Positions 13,001 through 26,455 are shown, counted from the first letter of the whole stretch. The stretch is 63,991 nucleotides of DNA, filler included, from Sphacelaria rigidula (GCA_964200075.2; 7 parts of 7 records of this genome joined end to end with filler, not necessarily neighbours in it), one strand, 5' to 3'. The notes: generated by a model not told the origin, from the sequence alone. Numbers and translations: made by a program.

Positions 13001-14600
13001 GTCGTTGGAGACAGATGAGACTTGGGCCGTGGGAACGACGGCTCTTTGAGAATCAAGTGCCCCGGAGATGGTTGCTTCACTGTATTTTCGCCTGTCACGT
13101 AATACTTGAAAACTGTGCGTAGGGTCTTCTCTGACGGTTTCGACACAGGTGTGAGGGGGTAGTCCTGCCTCGAACGCAGCCTTCCGAATGACTTCTCGCG
13201 CAAACTTGCGAGGATCTTTACCTTGAGGGTTACTCGAGCAGCTTCGGCGCAAAAGCGCGAGTTGGCTTTTGACACTTCAATGCGTATAGCTTCAAAGTAG
13301 GATGATCCTTTAGTTTCGTATCAGCAATTGCTCAAGCTAGAATTGCGATATGCTTGAGGGGGAGTGGTGGATGGTAGATGCGTCTGCCCACGCGCTCCAA
13401 GTTTCTGGGGATCGATTCCGTACCTTTCCACCTTGCGCTTGAAGTTGCTTGAGCTTTGCCGCGGTGCGCCATTCCAGCGTGCCTGTTACCAGGTCCGTAC
13501 ACGCACCTAGGGTAGTGCCCCGCACTGGCAGTTGCTGATGCTTGATGCGTCGGCATTACTTTCGAATTACACTGGTCATGGGAGTTGATTTCAACTCTAG
13601 GTAGGCACAGGTACATTATCGTTGGGATATCTTCTGCTGCAAGCCCATAAAAAGTCATGCTTGTTTTTAGGTCTCATTGTTTAAACGTGAATCGTGCGGT
13701 GTGCTTAGATGTTTCACTCCCTCTCAAGATTCTGAGCTGTTGAGTGTTGGAAACATTCACTCCCATGTTTTGCGAGTAATCGGGAACTTGGTGCATATAA
13801 TTCTGAGTTGTCGCCGCAGGCGAAATACTTACCGAAGGCAGTTGAGGCGCTGCGCGTGAGTTATTTGCCGTATGTGTCATCTCATTATTGTGGCTAGCCA
13901 GGTTTGTGCACTGTATTGCACTATCGAAATGCTGGCATAACGTTGTCCCACACTTCACCTCTCTGGCCATCTGTCTACCCCTGCCAATCGGATTCACCTG
14001 TGCCACTTGCTTAAGCACGTCGTCAGATGGACGCAGGAGTCCCAACGCGCTCAGAGCTCACGTAGGTGGTTCGGTACCCTTTCTGGAGTGTCATTCGATA
14101 AATTCGAGGGCAAGCCGCAGGCCAGCCGCTTTCGTATTCTCCGCAAAAGAGTTTGATGCGGCGGCCCATCGCGCACTTCCGATACTGTCTGGTGCCTCTG
14201 GGTCACTGTGATGCAAATATTCGGGCTCACTGTACTCCTCCTTGCGCAAGACATGGAATTGACCGACGCTGCTGTAAACGGTGCATGAGCCGCCCTATGT
14301 CGCTGCCCGTTGAATTTTCTCGCTGTACCTTTTGCTTTTGCGTTTTGCCGGTGAGCTCTCCCGGGGGTCCTCTAATTTGTATTCTCTTCGGGAAAAAGTT
14401 CGTCTTTGGCGGGTCGGGCTGGTTGCAGCCCTGTCCCGAAGCCTTGGACCTGACGGGGGTCTCATCCGCGGCTGTTGCGGGTGCTGTGGGGCGTGCGGCT
14501 CGCGAGAGGAGGCGGGGGAGGGGGTTACCGCCCGCGTGTCGCTATCGTTGTTGCTGCTGCTGTGCTGCTGTTGCTCTTGGCGTCCGACATGTTTTTATTG
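10050..14600 (-). mobile_element. Degenerate Ty3/Gypsy LTR retrotransposon internal region (gag-like, RT, RNase H, integrase remnants)
   Basis: RT: 'VYMDNSIACSSTFESHLTLLQDILKAL...LKPSKVLFGLKRVNHFGH' (11673-12254, YMDD decayed to YMDN). RNase H: 'SPVLHFPDYSKAFTMRVD...AYFS...YSVTPKEWYAVVLGIQH' (11402-11620). Pre-RT: 'FPLSRQELGPCTI...PVDRAP' (12445-12636). RT-RH-INT order is Gypsy. Many stops and frameshifts. Confidence 0.9.
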
Positions 14601-14640
14601 TCGTATTGTCTATCTATTCTATTCGTACTGGTGTTGCCCA

Positions 14641-15028
14641 TGTATATAGCCTTCTCCGCTAGGGTTGTAGGATGTTCCTGAGAGAGGCTCATTTTCCCTC
14701 TTGATATTTACAGCAAGGATTGGCTGTGAGGGTGGGTAATACGCCGAGGAATCGAGCTTTACAAGTTACAGAGCAGACTGATCCCCCAGGGGTTGGCGGT
14801 GGCTTTTGTCATGTTGAGCTCTTTCTACCGTGGAGGTCTGTTGCCTAGGGTCTCGGAGGTCTGGCTACACAGATATGAGAGCTTCGAGGTTCTCAAATAT
14901 GCCGCTGATGGACCTGCTCCTGTACCCTGCCACCTCGGGTTTACATGCGTATGTCAGTGGTCACTCCGCAATACAAAAGGAAGGCTTCCATAATACGCGT
15001 ATTATCATGGGGAGTGCATATATATAGA
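14641..15028 (-). repeat. Possible 5' LTR of the Gypsy element
   Basis: Bounded by TGTATATA...TATATAGA. On the - strand it is followed directly by TGGGCAACACCAG (PBS-like TGG). The partner LTR is not in the contig. Confidence 0.3.
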
Positions 15029-15789
15029 TATATATATGTCATGCGCATCACTTTAAGGAGCTTTTCACTTTCGTGGAATGTACAAATATTTGCCGCATAC
15101 GTCCTCGCTAAGATTGAAGCCTTGTGCTGCTTCTCCAACATCACGCGAAACAGGCGACACATGGTGGACAATGAAAGCAAGTCGAATCTCAGAGCTGCGG
15201 TGGTAGATGCCCTTTCGGACTACAGCAGAACTTGCGACAAAAGCGATGTGGATTCCATGCAGGTTTGACTAGTTGTAGACTCTGGGCGGCAATCGCGATA
15301 CCTGTCACCAAATTGTTTAACCCAGCAATAACAATGGGAACTGTATCGCTAATTTTGCGGTTAACTCCCTGTACTTATTACTAAGGTTCTGCCATTTTGC
15401 AACGGCTTCGATAAGATTACACTTGGGCTTTGGCAAGTCGAGTCATTTAGTAGGCATTACATGTCCCCAGTCCAACTGTGTGATAACCACCGACGAGCCC
15501 TTGTTGCCCTCGGAACATCATTCTCTATGCGCTGCGTTGCGGTGACGAGGATGCGACAGGTTCAACTTGAGGCTTTGTCTGCCCTGACGACTGATGGGTC
15601 GGTCTCTGTCCGTCTGTCTGCTCTGGCCGGTGTTCGCGAGGTGAGTCGGGACCACGGGGTGATATGAAAAACTTAAACGATATTGGACCGCAGCCAGCCC
15701 GCATTTCTAGCAGCCCTCCATGAGTAACACGGTCATAGTGCACACCCTGAACAACACAATATGCTTCCAATGTTTGGTAGTCGATCTAA

Positions 15790-16230
15790 TTGAAATATTG
15801 CGATATATATTGCCGGCCTGATACTTATTGGGACCCTTGGACTGCACACGTATTGAGCGCCCAATATATATTGGTGTCGTGAGACTGCAGACATATTGCC
15901 CGCCCAATATATATGTTAGGACCGTGGGATTGCATACATATTGTTCCATCAACATATGTATTGGGGCAGTGTGGGCGAAGACATATTGCACGACCAATTT
16001 GTAGTAGGGTCGCATCTGGTGAGAATATTTTGTCCGGTCAAAATATATTGGGGTCGCGTGGATGCCAATATGTTGGCCGATCAACATATTATATATATAT
16101 AAGTATTGAGGCCGTATGGGTACAAATATACTGCCCGATCAGGTATCGGTACAGTAGTATATATCGAGGTACCGTGTGTTACAACATGTCACCCACCCAG
16201 TATACATTGGGTGGGCGCATCGATCCATAT
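15790..16230. repeat. Degenerate AT-rich minisatellite (CATATTGCCCGCCCAATATATATTGG-like units)
   Basis: ATATTG/CCAATAT motifs recur at ~40-47 bp spacing. Confidence 0.7.
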
Positions 16231-17863
16231 ATTATTCATGTACTTTACCCCGCCGCGTCCTGAAATTCATGCCGTCCAACGAATATCTCATTAATTGTAA
16301 TTCAACAAGTAATTATTTCAATATTCTGTTGACGTGCACTGTGGTTATACGAGAGCCATTTCGAATCATTCCGAGAAAAAAAAGCACAGTACGTTCCCGT
16401 TCAAAGTAGAAAATTTGGGAATTTCTTCGTAATTGCTGATTTTCTCACGTTCTTTCGCCTGCCACCGCTCATCACAACAGGGATCTGAAGATCCTAGCAT
16501 CCGCTCCACATCCACCAGAAAATAAACTCATCTGCATCCAATATTGAGTGACTTACGGACTGATCGGTCATCGGGGGTCCTGCCACGTTTCAGTCCAGAT
16601 CCTGACTCTTCGGTATTTTCGGTCGATTGAGCCTGTCCCGATCGTATTTGTGAAGAAATGAAAATGCTTGGTTTTTCGAAAGTCCACTTAGTCATTGTAC
16701 TAGAGCCTAAAAACTGTTTTCACGGGTAATAACACCCTCCCGATGAACGGGGTGTCTATTCGTATCTCCCGATAACACCAAGCAAGACAAACTTGAACAC
16801 TGTGTTTTGAGGACGATCTGTTTATTGTACCAAAATCTACCGACGCTAGATCTTTCGAGTTTCATCGGAGAGCAGTACGCGAGAAAACCTCCAAAACAAC
16901 CCATGTCACTTTGAACGTGAGGTACTATAGGCAAAAAGTTTGCGTCGCCTCCTTGAGATATTTAGGAGTAATATTTCGAGGGAAAGTGGTCTGATTCAGT
17001 AGTTACCTGACCCTTCGGCTTTGAGGATACGTTGGCTGATGAGTCGACATTACTTTTTCTTAAAACAATGCCGTTACTCAGGGCCAGCAAACAAAGTAGA
17101 AACGTTGAAGGTATTTCAAACACGAAGTTCCTGTATTTTTTACTGCAAATTACTGTTGAATTCAATTCCGAGAGCCTCGGGTTTGAGATACCTCTGTTGT
17201 GTACGAGCTGGTCAGCTCTCAGGGTATGTAGACTGTCAGCTGCAAAAGTAGTGAATGGCTGCCAGTTGCCCACGGAATAACATACATTCGTGGCTCCCAG
17301 CTGTCCACGGGAAAACATGTATCTGTGGCTATCTGCCCTCTACAGACCACCCACCAACCCACTTTCATCCACCGCATAAGGAAAGAGCAAGGCGACCGGT
17401 TGCGTCAGAAAAAGACAAGAGAAAAAAGTAGAAAATCGACGCACGTTTCAGTACAGCTGGTCGGCCGACCGCTAGTGGCGAGTATGATGGTGGTTCGACA
17501 AGGGCATACGTTGGGGGCAGGTGTGGGATCTTACAGGGGTCGAGGGACAAAAAATGTGCCGTCTTGCCGCGTCAACCGGTTGCGGCAACCCGTGTACCGG
17601 AGGTCGTCAAGACGGCAATCGCCAACATCGCGGTCCTGCAGGGATATCGGCTGTGCAAGGTCCCGCCAAGAGTGATGCTACGGTAGGGGTGCACAAACAT
17701 TTTCTGAGGTTTGAGTTGTTAGGAGACCTGTATCTCATCCGAAACACCACTGACGAAATATGTGAGGGTACGCCAGGATTACCTTTTTCAATGTGCTAAA
17801 GATATTCCGAATGAGGTTTGTGACGGTTTAAGAGATAACCAACTAAACTACAGATCAGGCAGC

Positions 17864-17945
17864 GCTGACTGATCAGTAGTCTAGTTGGTTGTCTCTTAAA
17901 CCGTCACAAAAGTTAATCGCTGGTTCGATTCCCGTCGGACGCGCT
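17864..17945 (+). mobile_element. tRNA-derived SINE-like head (second family)
   Basis: Box A TAGTCTAGTTGG and box B GGTTCGATTCCC. I could not fold a full cloverleaf by eye. Confidence 0.55.
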
Positions 17946-19419
17946 TTCTTCCAAGAAAAAAGACGAGACAAAACTTCTGTAAAAATTGGCCCAAAGAAAA
18001 AGGATGGGGTACTGCTCATACTTCGGGATACACGCGACGTCGTGGACGCGGGTTGCCCAAGATGTGTCCGAGCGGTCTCGAGTTGTAGAGGAGGGGGTTA
18101 GTTCGTATACGACAGCTTGGACAGAAGCATGGCAAGCTACGGAGTTGTTTGCTGTGCTTCCTCTAGAGCTCCCTCAATGCCGACGGAGGACCTCTAAAAA
18201 GTAACCTGTAGTCNNNNNNNNNNNNNNNNNNNNNNNNNNNNNNNNNNNNNNNNNNNNTTAATTAATTAANNNNNNNNNNNNNNNNNNNNNNNNNNNNNNN
18301 NNNNNNNNNNNNNTCCTCCCCCCCCCCCCCCCCCTCCCATTTTTTTCGAGAAAGTCGTTGTCGGTGGGTCACGTATACGTGATTGCCGTGCGTTACCGTT
18401 GCGTTGTGGTGCAAGATGGATCTCTGCGGGTGAGATCGTCGGGTTTGGCCAACTCTTATGGGAGCGTGTGACATTTTATTTTGCCACGAATTCAGAGGAG
18501 TCTTTTTTTTTTTCCCTTGTTATCGCGAGATCGGACTAATGTGCGGAAATAATAATAATAATCATGGTGAACGGGCACAAAATACACAACTATGGCAAAG
18601 AAAAAAAAATGTCGTTTGAAGTTATTGCAAAATAAAATTCTAAACGCTCCCTTATGAGTTGACCTTAGGGTGACGATTTTTTTCTTCTTCCGAAATCACC
18701 TTGTGGCGGATATTGGTGAAGGACATGATCTATTGACTCTCACCGATGCCTCGGCGATGTACGTTTCACACATTGAGCAATAGCCTCGATTTATTATGCT
18801 AGGCGCTTTTCTCGTATCGTGGCGGTTGATTGTTGTTCAGAAGGTGTGTTGCGTCTTTGAAGAGGACAGGGAATGACGAGTACATGGTGACAAGTTTGCT
18901 CGCAACGCTGCGCGGCAACACGAGTCGGGTGTTGGAGATTTGATATTATTTTGGACACGCTTTGAACCGTCAAGAGTATCTGTATCATGAGTGAATATTT
19001 TTGGTTTACTTTCTGTCTTTTTTCATCGTGTGGCAAAGAAGGAATCGTGAATGCATGATGCTCGGGAAGGTATGTTCTGCTTGAAGCACACCCTCTGTGT
19101 GCATGTGAAAGTGTTCATACTTTCCTGAACGTGTCCCCAGATGGGGCACGCCCTCAGATGGACCACGTGGAGGGACCGAATCAGACATGTTATGTTTCGA
19201 GGGTGAAACATGATCCCCCCCACTCAGCACATATGACATCCTGAACAATCTGATAACATTGGGAGAAGTGTACCGCGTACAGTACACTTTTTGCCAGTGT
19301 TGATCTGGTGTTCAAAATGTAACGGATATGCAAAGCATACCTCGACGGTCAGAGAAGCTAAACCTTACCTGCAACACTCTTCATTGTTTTTTTTTCTTCC
19401 CTGGTCGTCGTTGCCCCAG

Positions 19420-19613
19420 GTCTCCTCCGGACGGCTTCAACGATTCAGCGATTCCAGCAGATCCCGGCCGTGGCCGGGTCACCCCCGCCTGTCTTCCAGT
19501 ACTTCTCCGTGCTGCTTGAGCGCGGAAAGCTTAATGCCATGGAGAGCATCGAGCTCACCCGCCCCGTGCTGACCCAGGGCCGAACGGATATGCTTGAGAA
19601 GTGGCTCACCGAG
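19420..19613 (+). CDS. CHC: Clathrin heavy chain, internal exon (ends at a GC donor)
   Basis: Encodes (G)LLRTASTIQRFQQIP...FQYFSVLLERGKLNAMESIELTRPVLTQGRTDMLEKWLTE. Acceptor ccccag, donor GCAAGT. Confidence 0.95.
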
Positions 19614-20271
19614 GCAAGTCTTTTGTTTTGATGATTTATTTTCCTTTCGTCATCGGTTGTTGAAACTCTTGGTGAGACGGATTGCATCCAGCACTAACGA
19701 GTGTTGATATGAGTTTTTTTCTGGTCCTTGTGCCGAGAAGGGTGAGGAGCGGCGTGCGTGAGAAGGGCAAGAGACAGGGAGAGGGGGTTACGTAATGGTG
19801 CTGTTGGCGTAGACAGATTGTGGGAGTGCAGTCAATGTGCGATACTGTGTTGACCTGAGTGCAGAATACTTGCTGGACCGAAAGAGGCATAGATTGATAC
19901 CTCAGACGACTGCGGACGCATCTCGAGGAGAAGGCAGAGAGGGAGGAGGGTGTTGATATTTTTACACACGAATGCCTCGTCTCTCGCATCCCAACGTTTC
20001 CGTTACTTCATCATCTTGTCTCCCCACAAAATGATTCGAACCGTGCTCCGTCATCCGTGTCATTACTGCCGTACTTTTTATTTATTACATACAGCCTTGG
20101 TGTGTAAGATGAGGGTTTGCTGAGATTGAAGGTGGCTCGAGGAAATTGAGTATGACGAATATAAGGGCGTTGGCGGTGGTGGGTACCCAACGGGTCTGGC
20201 CCCAGCCTGGCCCTGCTCATTGGCGAGTTGTGACCGTTTGTTGTTTTCTTTCCGTTTTCATGCCACTGCAG

Positions 20272-20430
20272 GACAAGCTGGAGTGTACTGAGGAGCTCGG
20301 AGACCTCATCTCTCAGGTGGATGCTAACATGGCCCTGTCCGTGTACCTTCGGGCGAACGCCGCGGAGAAGGTGGTGAACTCGTTCTCTCAGAGGGGGGAG
20401 TTCGACAAGATGGTGGCGTACGCGTCGAAG
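20272..20430 (+). CDS. CHC: Clathrin heavy chain exon
   Basis: DKLECTEELGDLISQVDANMALSVYLRANAAEKVV...YASK. AG/GT, phase 0-0. Confidence 0.97.
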
Positions 20431-21639
20431 GTATGAACATGTGGTCGCTTTGTCTGGTGTTCCTTTACAGTACAGACAGTGCAGTGTCGATTAACCGTGG
20501 TTAGTGTTGGTGATGACGGATAGTGTCGCACGAGCAAGGGAACTGGTTTAGCTGCGCTCATGAGATAACAGCATTAGGGAGTCCCTGCTTGAACCGAAAC
20601 CAGCAGCGGCGATAGCGGGTGACGTGTACGAGTCGGCGTCGTTTTCGCTTGAGAATTTACTTCTCACACCTGAATGATGACACCCCTGGCTGTGGGAGGG
20701 TTGTGGGACGCGATTTCTATGGGGCAGGGTTGTGCGCTCCAAATCGGCGACACCGAGCAATTGTTGAGGCATGCGTTATATTCACCAAACTATGATGTCG
20801 GGCCTTGACTCTTGTCTCAACTCGGGGCAAACCGAGAATCCTCGGGCAGGGGATGTAAAGTGTCGTGAGCAAGATATGCGTTGTTATTGGCTGAAATCGG
20901 TGCCGGAACGCAGGAGATGCGGGTGCTGTGCGTGCTCTGGGGTGCGCCCTGGACTGTAAGCCCTGTTAAAATTCGATTATGGTGGATGATGGTTGACACC
21001 GAAGCCAAGCGTGAGATCAACCATTGCTTGGCGGCGCCGGACTGGGGTTGTACATTATATCGCATTTGTCCTCCGCGGCGGTGGAAACTGGTTTCTCATC
21101 ATGCGTACCACCTCCTCTTTCCGTCGGAAGGACTCGATGCAGTTGAAGGCTGAGTTCCAGTTGACGGGTGTCGGTTCTTGCTTGCACTGATGTCATTTCA
21201 CAAAATCATGCGACAAATCGAAATATCGAGCAATCAAGACTCACACATCTCGAAGTGCTCGCTGGCGTTCAAAGTACCTCAATTTACAGTGCAAGAGTTT
21301 CCTCCCAATCGTCTCCACATCAGTCGTGGTTGACATGGCTTTTTCATTCCGATTTTTCACGTTAGGTTTTTTTTACATCCTCCCATTCACGATTTGTTTG
21401 CGATGATGAGGATGAGGGAACATTAGAATTGATGTGTCCCAACCCTGGCTGGAATGGTTTCGTTGTTTTTCTTCTCGAAAAACAAACGAGAAAGCCTCAC
21501 CCAACACTTTCCCCGCGTACCGGTTCCCTGGAGGCTTGGCTAGACCGCCTCGCGGCAGTCGTGTGGGGTTGGCGCTCCAGCGTTTGGAAAGCTTTGCCCC
21601 AGGCAGTGTGAGAATCGAACACCCCAAAACCTTGCGCAC

Positions 21640-22165
21640 GGTGCGTACGAATAACCGCTTCGAATCACCAAATCCACGTTTTGTCAGGCCTCATTACTCG
21701 AAAGAGGGGAAAGAGAAGTCGGTCGATGGTCAAGAAGGTTCTCACGCAACTGTTGTGCCATTCCGCGTGCCCGGGCTGCGCGTACCTCGGTTGCAACGCT
21801 GAAAACGAAGCCCGAGGATTGATTCAAGGGTCGGACGAGTTGATTATTTATCAGGAATTTACTCGATTCTAGTGTGATTGATTCGTACCGCATGGATCAA
21901 TCCTTAGACTATGTTTCTAGCGTGGAAACCCAAGTACGCGCAGCCCAGGCACGTGGAATGGCGCAAAAATTGCGCCGAAACCTTTTGAATCAGCGGTCAA
22001 TATTTTTCTCTTTTCCGAGCAACCAGGCCTGGAAAATGGTGGGTTTGGTGATATAAACGGGCGATGACTCGTCAAAACTGTAGATTGGTTCGTATGGTAC
22101 GAATCAATCACACTAAAATCGAGTGATTACCAGACGAATCATGAGCTCGACTGACCCGTGAAACC
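21640..22165. mobile_element. Intronic repeat; internally inverted pieces of the MITE family at 61562-61971 and 63220-63810
   Basis: Shares GGGCTGCGCGTACCT.GGTTGCAACGCTGAAAAC and GATTCGTAC...GAATCAAT blocks with contig 7. The blocks are present here in both orientations. Confidence 0.75.
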
Positions 22166-22388
22166 TTCCGTCAACTTAGCGCAGTTCACGCCCCGCCTTA
22201 CTTTTGTTGAATGCGGCCCCAGCCGCGATCTTCACTGCAGGGGTCGTTGACAAAATGAGGGAAAATGCACGAAGTGGAACATGACTGGGACGCATGCGTG
22301 GACTTGAAATTGACCTGCTCGTGATGAATATTAATTTGTCTTTTTTTTTTCTTGTTTCCTCGACTGCGTGGAATTGAAACTGAATTAG

Positions 22389-22496
22389 GTGGGGTACCGC
22401 TGTGACTACACGACTATGCTCCAGAACATGGTGCGGACCAACCCGCAGGGAGCGCTGGCCTTCGCCAAGAAGGCGGCTACCACCGAGCCTCCTCAG
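22389..22496 (+). CDS. CHC: Clathrin heavy chain exon
   Basis: VGYRCDYTTMLQNMVRTNPQGALAFAKKAATTEPPQ. AG/GT, phase 0-0. Confidence 0.93.
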
Positions 22497-23045
22497 GTGA
22501 ACGAAGTGCTGGTTTCGTGAGAAGTTGTCATGTTCTACTGCGTGCGCGAGGGAGTGTCGTTTTTTTGTTGAATATAGTCATTTTCCACCGCGCGCTTTGT
22601 CTGCATGTCAGTGTCATCGATGTCGCCATGATGGTGTGTAGGTGATGTCGATTTTTGTGCATTTGGTTGTTAAGTGTTGATTCGGCGAAGAAAGTGGGAA
22701 CAAATACTCATGTAGGGCTCCTTCATTGTAAAAGGTTCACTCCTCCTTCCACCCGTTCGTCAATATATTCGTTGCGTGCATGGATTTGCTGTATTTTATT
22801 ATCTGTGCATTTCTATTTTATTGATTCGGTGTGTCTATTTCGTTCTCCACCCATCATGCTATGCCTTATTTTTTTTGCCTTCAATTTCTCCCGGTTCCGT
22901 CAAATAATGTTATATTTTCTTTCGCTGTCTGTATGTTGGAGAAAAATCTCGTGTATTCAAGTGTTCACTTATTGATTCAGTGTCAACTTTTGGAAAGTGT
23001 CGAAGAATATATCCCTCCTCCTCTTCCCCCCCCCCCCACGTGCAG

Positions 23046-23201
23046 ATTGATGCCAACACGGTGGTGGACATCTTTATGGCGAGCAGCCTGGTACAGGAGA
23101 CCACGGCCTTCCTACTGGAGGCTTTGAAGAACAACAAGAAAGAGGAAGGGTACCTGCAAACCAAGCTCTTGGAGATCAACCTCCTCGGTGGCTCACCCCA
23201 G
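23046..23201 (+). CDS. CHC: Clathrin heavy chain exon
   Basis: [56 protein letters not shown]. Confidence 0.97.
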
Positions 23202-23864
23202 GTGAGTGACGGAACTTGTACCCAGCATTTATCAGTGTTTGTGGGCCAAAAATGTCACGTCTGCCGGTGTTTTTTTCCATGTCTTTACCTTTTATTAATT
23301 CGTCACCCCGTAACACTGCAGCGAAATGGCACCGGAGACCAACTTGCCATTTGTAGTGTAAAGTGACTCTAGAACACCCAAGTCATCTCTTGTCGAGACA
23401 CAATTATGGGCAAGACTTCGCGACAATGACGAAAATAATGCAAAAAGGAAACAAAAAATGGCCGATCCACTTGTGCTTTTCGTCATAAGATATGATCATT
23501 CATTACTCTCACAATCTTCACTTTCAAATTTTTCGTCGACGACGGGAGCCCAACACCCGAGCTATGATTGACTCAATATTTGATGTTTGGACGGATTAAA
23601 AGATTTACGGAGCATACCACACTTTCGCGTAAATGGTCTCGTGTTGGAAGGCAGATACTGGCAGAATATCAACACAGCGTATTTGGGCGGTTCCTGGACT
23701 ATTCTCGCAGTTTTTTTTTTTTCATTTGTGACCGTCATAAGGATTCAACCCGGTGGCAGTCCTACACCGGCTCATTGTTTGATTCGACTATTCTACATTG
23801 ATCCATTCTTCGGTTCATTGGATACTGACGTGATAGCGCATGACGCGATGGAACATGACTACAG

Positions 23865-23974
23865 GTTGCGGACGCTATTCTGGACAACGAGATGTTCACC
23901 CACTACGATCGCACCCATGTGGCGAAGCTCTGCGAGAACGCTGGCCTGTACCAGCGTGCCTTGGAGCACTACAG
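23865..23974 (+). CDS. CHC: Clathrin heavy chain exon
   Basis: [36 protein letters not shown]. Ends in phase 2. Confidence 0.97.
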
Positions 23975-24436
23975 GTACACACGCTTCCGGGGGTCGGAAG
24001 AATCATCGCCGGTTCGAAAAAATATTTTCATCAAGTTCAAGCCTTGATTGCCCGAATGAGAGCAATAAAGTTGACCACAGGCACAAGGTTCTCCACCCGA
24101 TTTTGCGCCATTCCACCTGCCTGGGGGGCGCGTACCTGATGTGGTGTGTAGTGCAACGTGGAAAGTAAAGTTTAAGGATTGATTCGTACGGTATAAATCA
24201 AAGAGACTGAAATGAAGTAATTTTTGGCCATGGAACCTGACTAGTACGTGCATGTCAGGGTGAACCACGCCGCGTGAATATTTTTTACTATGGAGCATGA
24301 CTTAATTTGCGTCCATGGTACGGGAGTGTGGTGCATCACTATGATGGTACGAGTACGGGACGGGACACGACGATGATCCAGGGTTGTAGCTGATGACGTG
24401 ATCGTCGCCGAATGCTGCTGTGTGGCATAGAACCCC

Positions 24437-24467
24437 TCCCGTCCCCGTCCCCGTCCCCGTCCCCGTC
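24437..24467. repeat. (CCCCGT)n microsatellite
   Basis: About 5 direct copies. Confidence 0.85.
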
Positions 24468-24710
24468 TCCCTGTCTGGTTTTTGTGGGTGACTCAATTTT
24501 TACGTGTGGGTTACATATTCACGGTACTGTTGAATGTGTTGTCACCACGCCTTTCCTGCGTGATTCATCATGTGGAGAGCAATGTCCGCTATGTTTGTCG
24601 GGTTTCTCGATCCCACTTTCCAAACATCTCCAGCGAAGAAGCGACTTCCTTCCGACAGTATGAATCAGGTTACTTGTTGACGTTACCATACGAAAAGGCA
24701 TGCAAGCCCA

Positions 24711-25045
24711 CACACGCGGCCATTTGGCTATACCCCCAAAATGCCTCCGGAGGGATGCGTGACCCTCCAGGGGGGAAAACACGCCTCCGGAGGCCTTCAA
24801 TTTCTCCGGAGGGAACCGAACTCTACCGACCCGGAGGGCCGCGCACCCCTCCAGAGGAAGTTGGGGGCATGCGCGGCCCTCCAGAGGCAAAAATAAGTCT
24901 CCGGAGTCGCCTAATCCTTCTGAACGAAACGAGAAAATCTCCTCCAGAGGGCCGCGCACCCCTCCGAAGGCGTTTACTTCCTCTGGAGGCCCGAAAAGTT
25001 TACCCACCTGGAGCAATTTTGGAGGTACCCAAATGGCCGCGTGTG
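24711..25045. mobile_element. MITE with 17-bp perfect TIR CACACGCGGCCATTTGG and internal CCTCCGGAGG-type repeats
   Basis: TIRs at 24711-24727 and 25029-25045, flanked by CA on both sides (possible 2-bp TSD). Confidence 0.8.
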
Positions 25046-26352
25046 CATCCGACGTTGTAGGTGAAATACTTTGCCTCTCCCGAGCAACGTCCTGAGTGTC
25101 TGCGCTCCACGCTGAATCATATATTCGTACTCGAGACGCAAATCAAAAGTACGGGAATAGCCCTTGAGGTAGCCGGACTCCCGTGGCAGCATTCATTTGG
25201 AGTGGATGATCGGATAAATGCTCTGTGGCGCCATACATTGGTTTGGGATGTGGTTCGCCAAGAACCGGTTGTGTTGATGTTGCCTTTACAATAGCCGGTA
25301 ATTATCGGTAACGTATCTCGCGGGGAGGCTGCCTAAAGTTTTGGTCGTATATCTACGGATGATTTTTCGAACTGACAAAAACGTTAACCTTGAGTATAAC
25401 ACCGACGCGAGGCGTACGAGACCCTCTGACAAGGGGTCCGCATACGCTCTCTAGGCAAAGTGTGCGTCCGCAGATCTGAAATCGACGCCGCAGGCGCCGA
25501 TTTCGACGAAAACACGTTCTGGACGAGCTTGGTCCACTGCTCACCTGTCCCCCGGACCATGATTTTTTCTCGGAATTTTCTGAAGCCTCAAATCAAGTAA
25601 TCATGTCAACAATGAAAATACGACCAAAGCTTGAGGTCTACTGCTCGCGGGTGGATCATCACTTTTTATTGAGAATTTTCCTACTCCGATCGCCTCGTTT
25701 CCACAACAGAACACTTGCGCAGACCAGACAACATACGCAGATGAAGACAGATGTGGAAGATCATGGCTCCAGTAGTATTAGGATCTCTGCAGGGGATGTT
25801 TTCACTCCCCCGTGGATGGTACGTAGTTTTTCCCCCTGGGGTGGTGTGTTTTTACCAGGGCACTTATCGTTACACGTCACAAAATTTGTCACAAGTCAAC
25901 ACTTGAACCAGGCTACTACTACTGTGGGGAGGGGGCACGGGTTCCCACACCGTAGTACTAGCTTGACCCGACGCTTGATTTGACTTGACTTGACTTGGCA
26001 CAATACTCCCCACGTGGTCCCCCATCTCAGTGATAGCTTTGCCCGACGCTTCACTTTTGACGTGTAACGAATTTTGTGATGTGTGACGACAGATGCCCTG
26101 GTTTTTATTACCTCCGAAATTGTACATTTTCTGTCCGCAGGGGATGGTACCTTCTCATCCCCCCTATTTTATGGTACTCCCATGGTGAGCAATTGCAGAA
26201 GATGATTTGCGGTAATTACCGGTCGTGAGTAGGTTCTACGAACGGTGATGAATATCCCTGGTAAAAGTTGCTGTATTGTTGACCAACCCATATCGCTTCT
26301 TTTTTAATTCCCTTACTTTTTTTTTTGGCCCGTAACTTCCGTCCCGTTGCAG

Positions 26353-26455
26353 CACTCCGGCCGACATCAAGAGGCTGATGGCGTACGCCCCGGCCATGAA
26401 CTCTGAGTTCATTGTTAGCTACTTCGGGAACCTCTCGAGAGAGACTTCTATCGAT
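26353..26455 (+). CDS. CHC: Clathrin heavy chain exon
   Basis: (S)TPADIKRLMAYAPAMNSEFIVSYFGNLSRETSID. The phase-2 start matches the previous exon. Confidence 0.95.
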
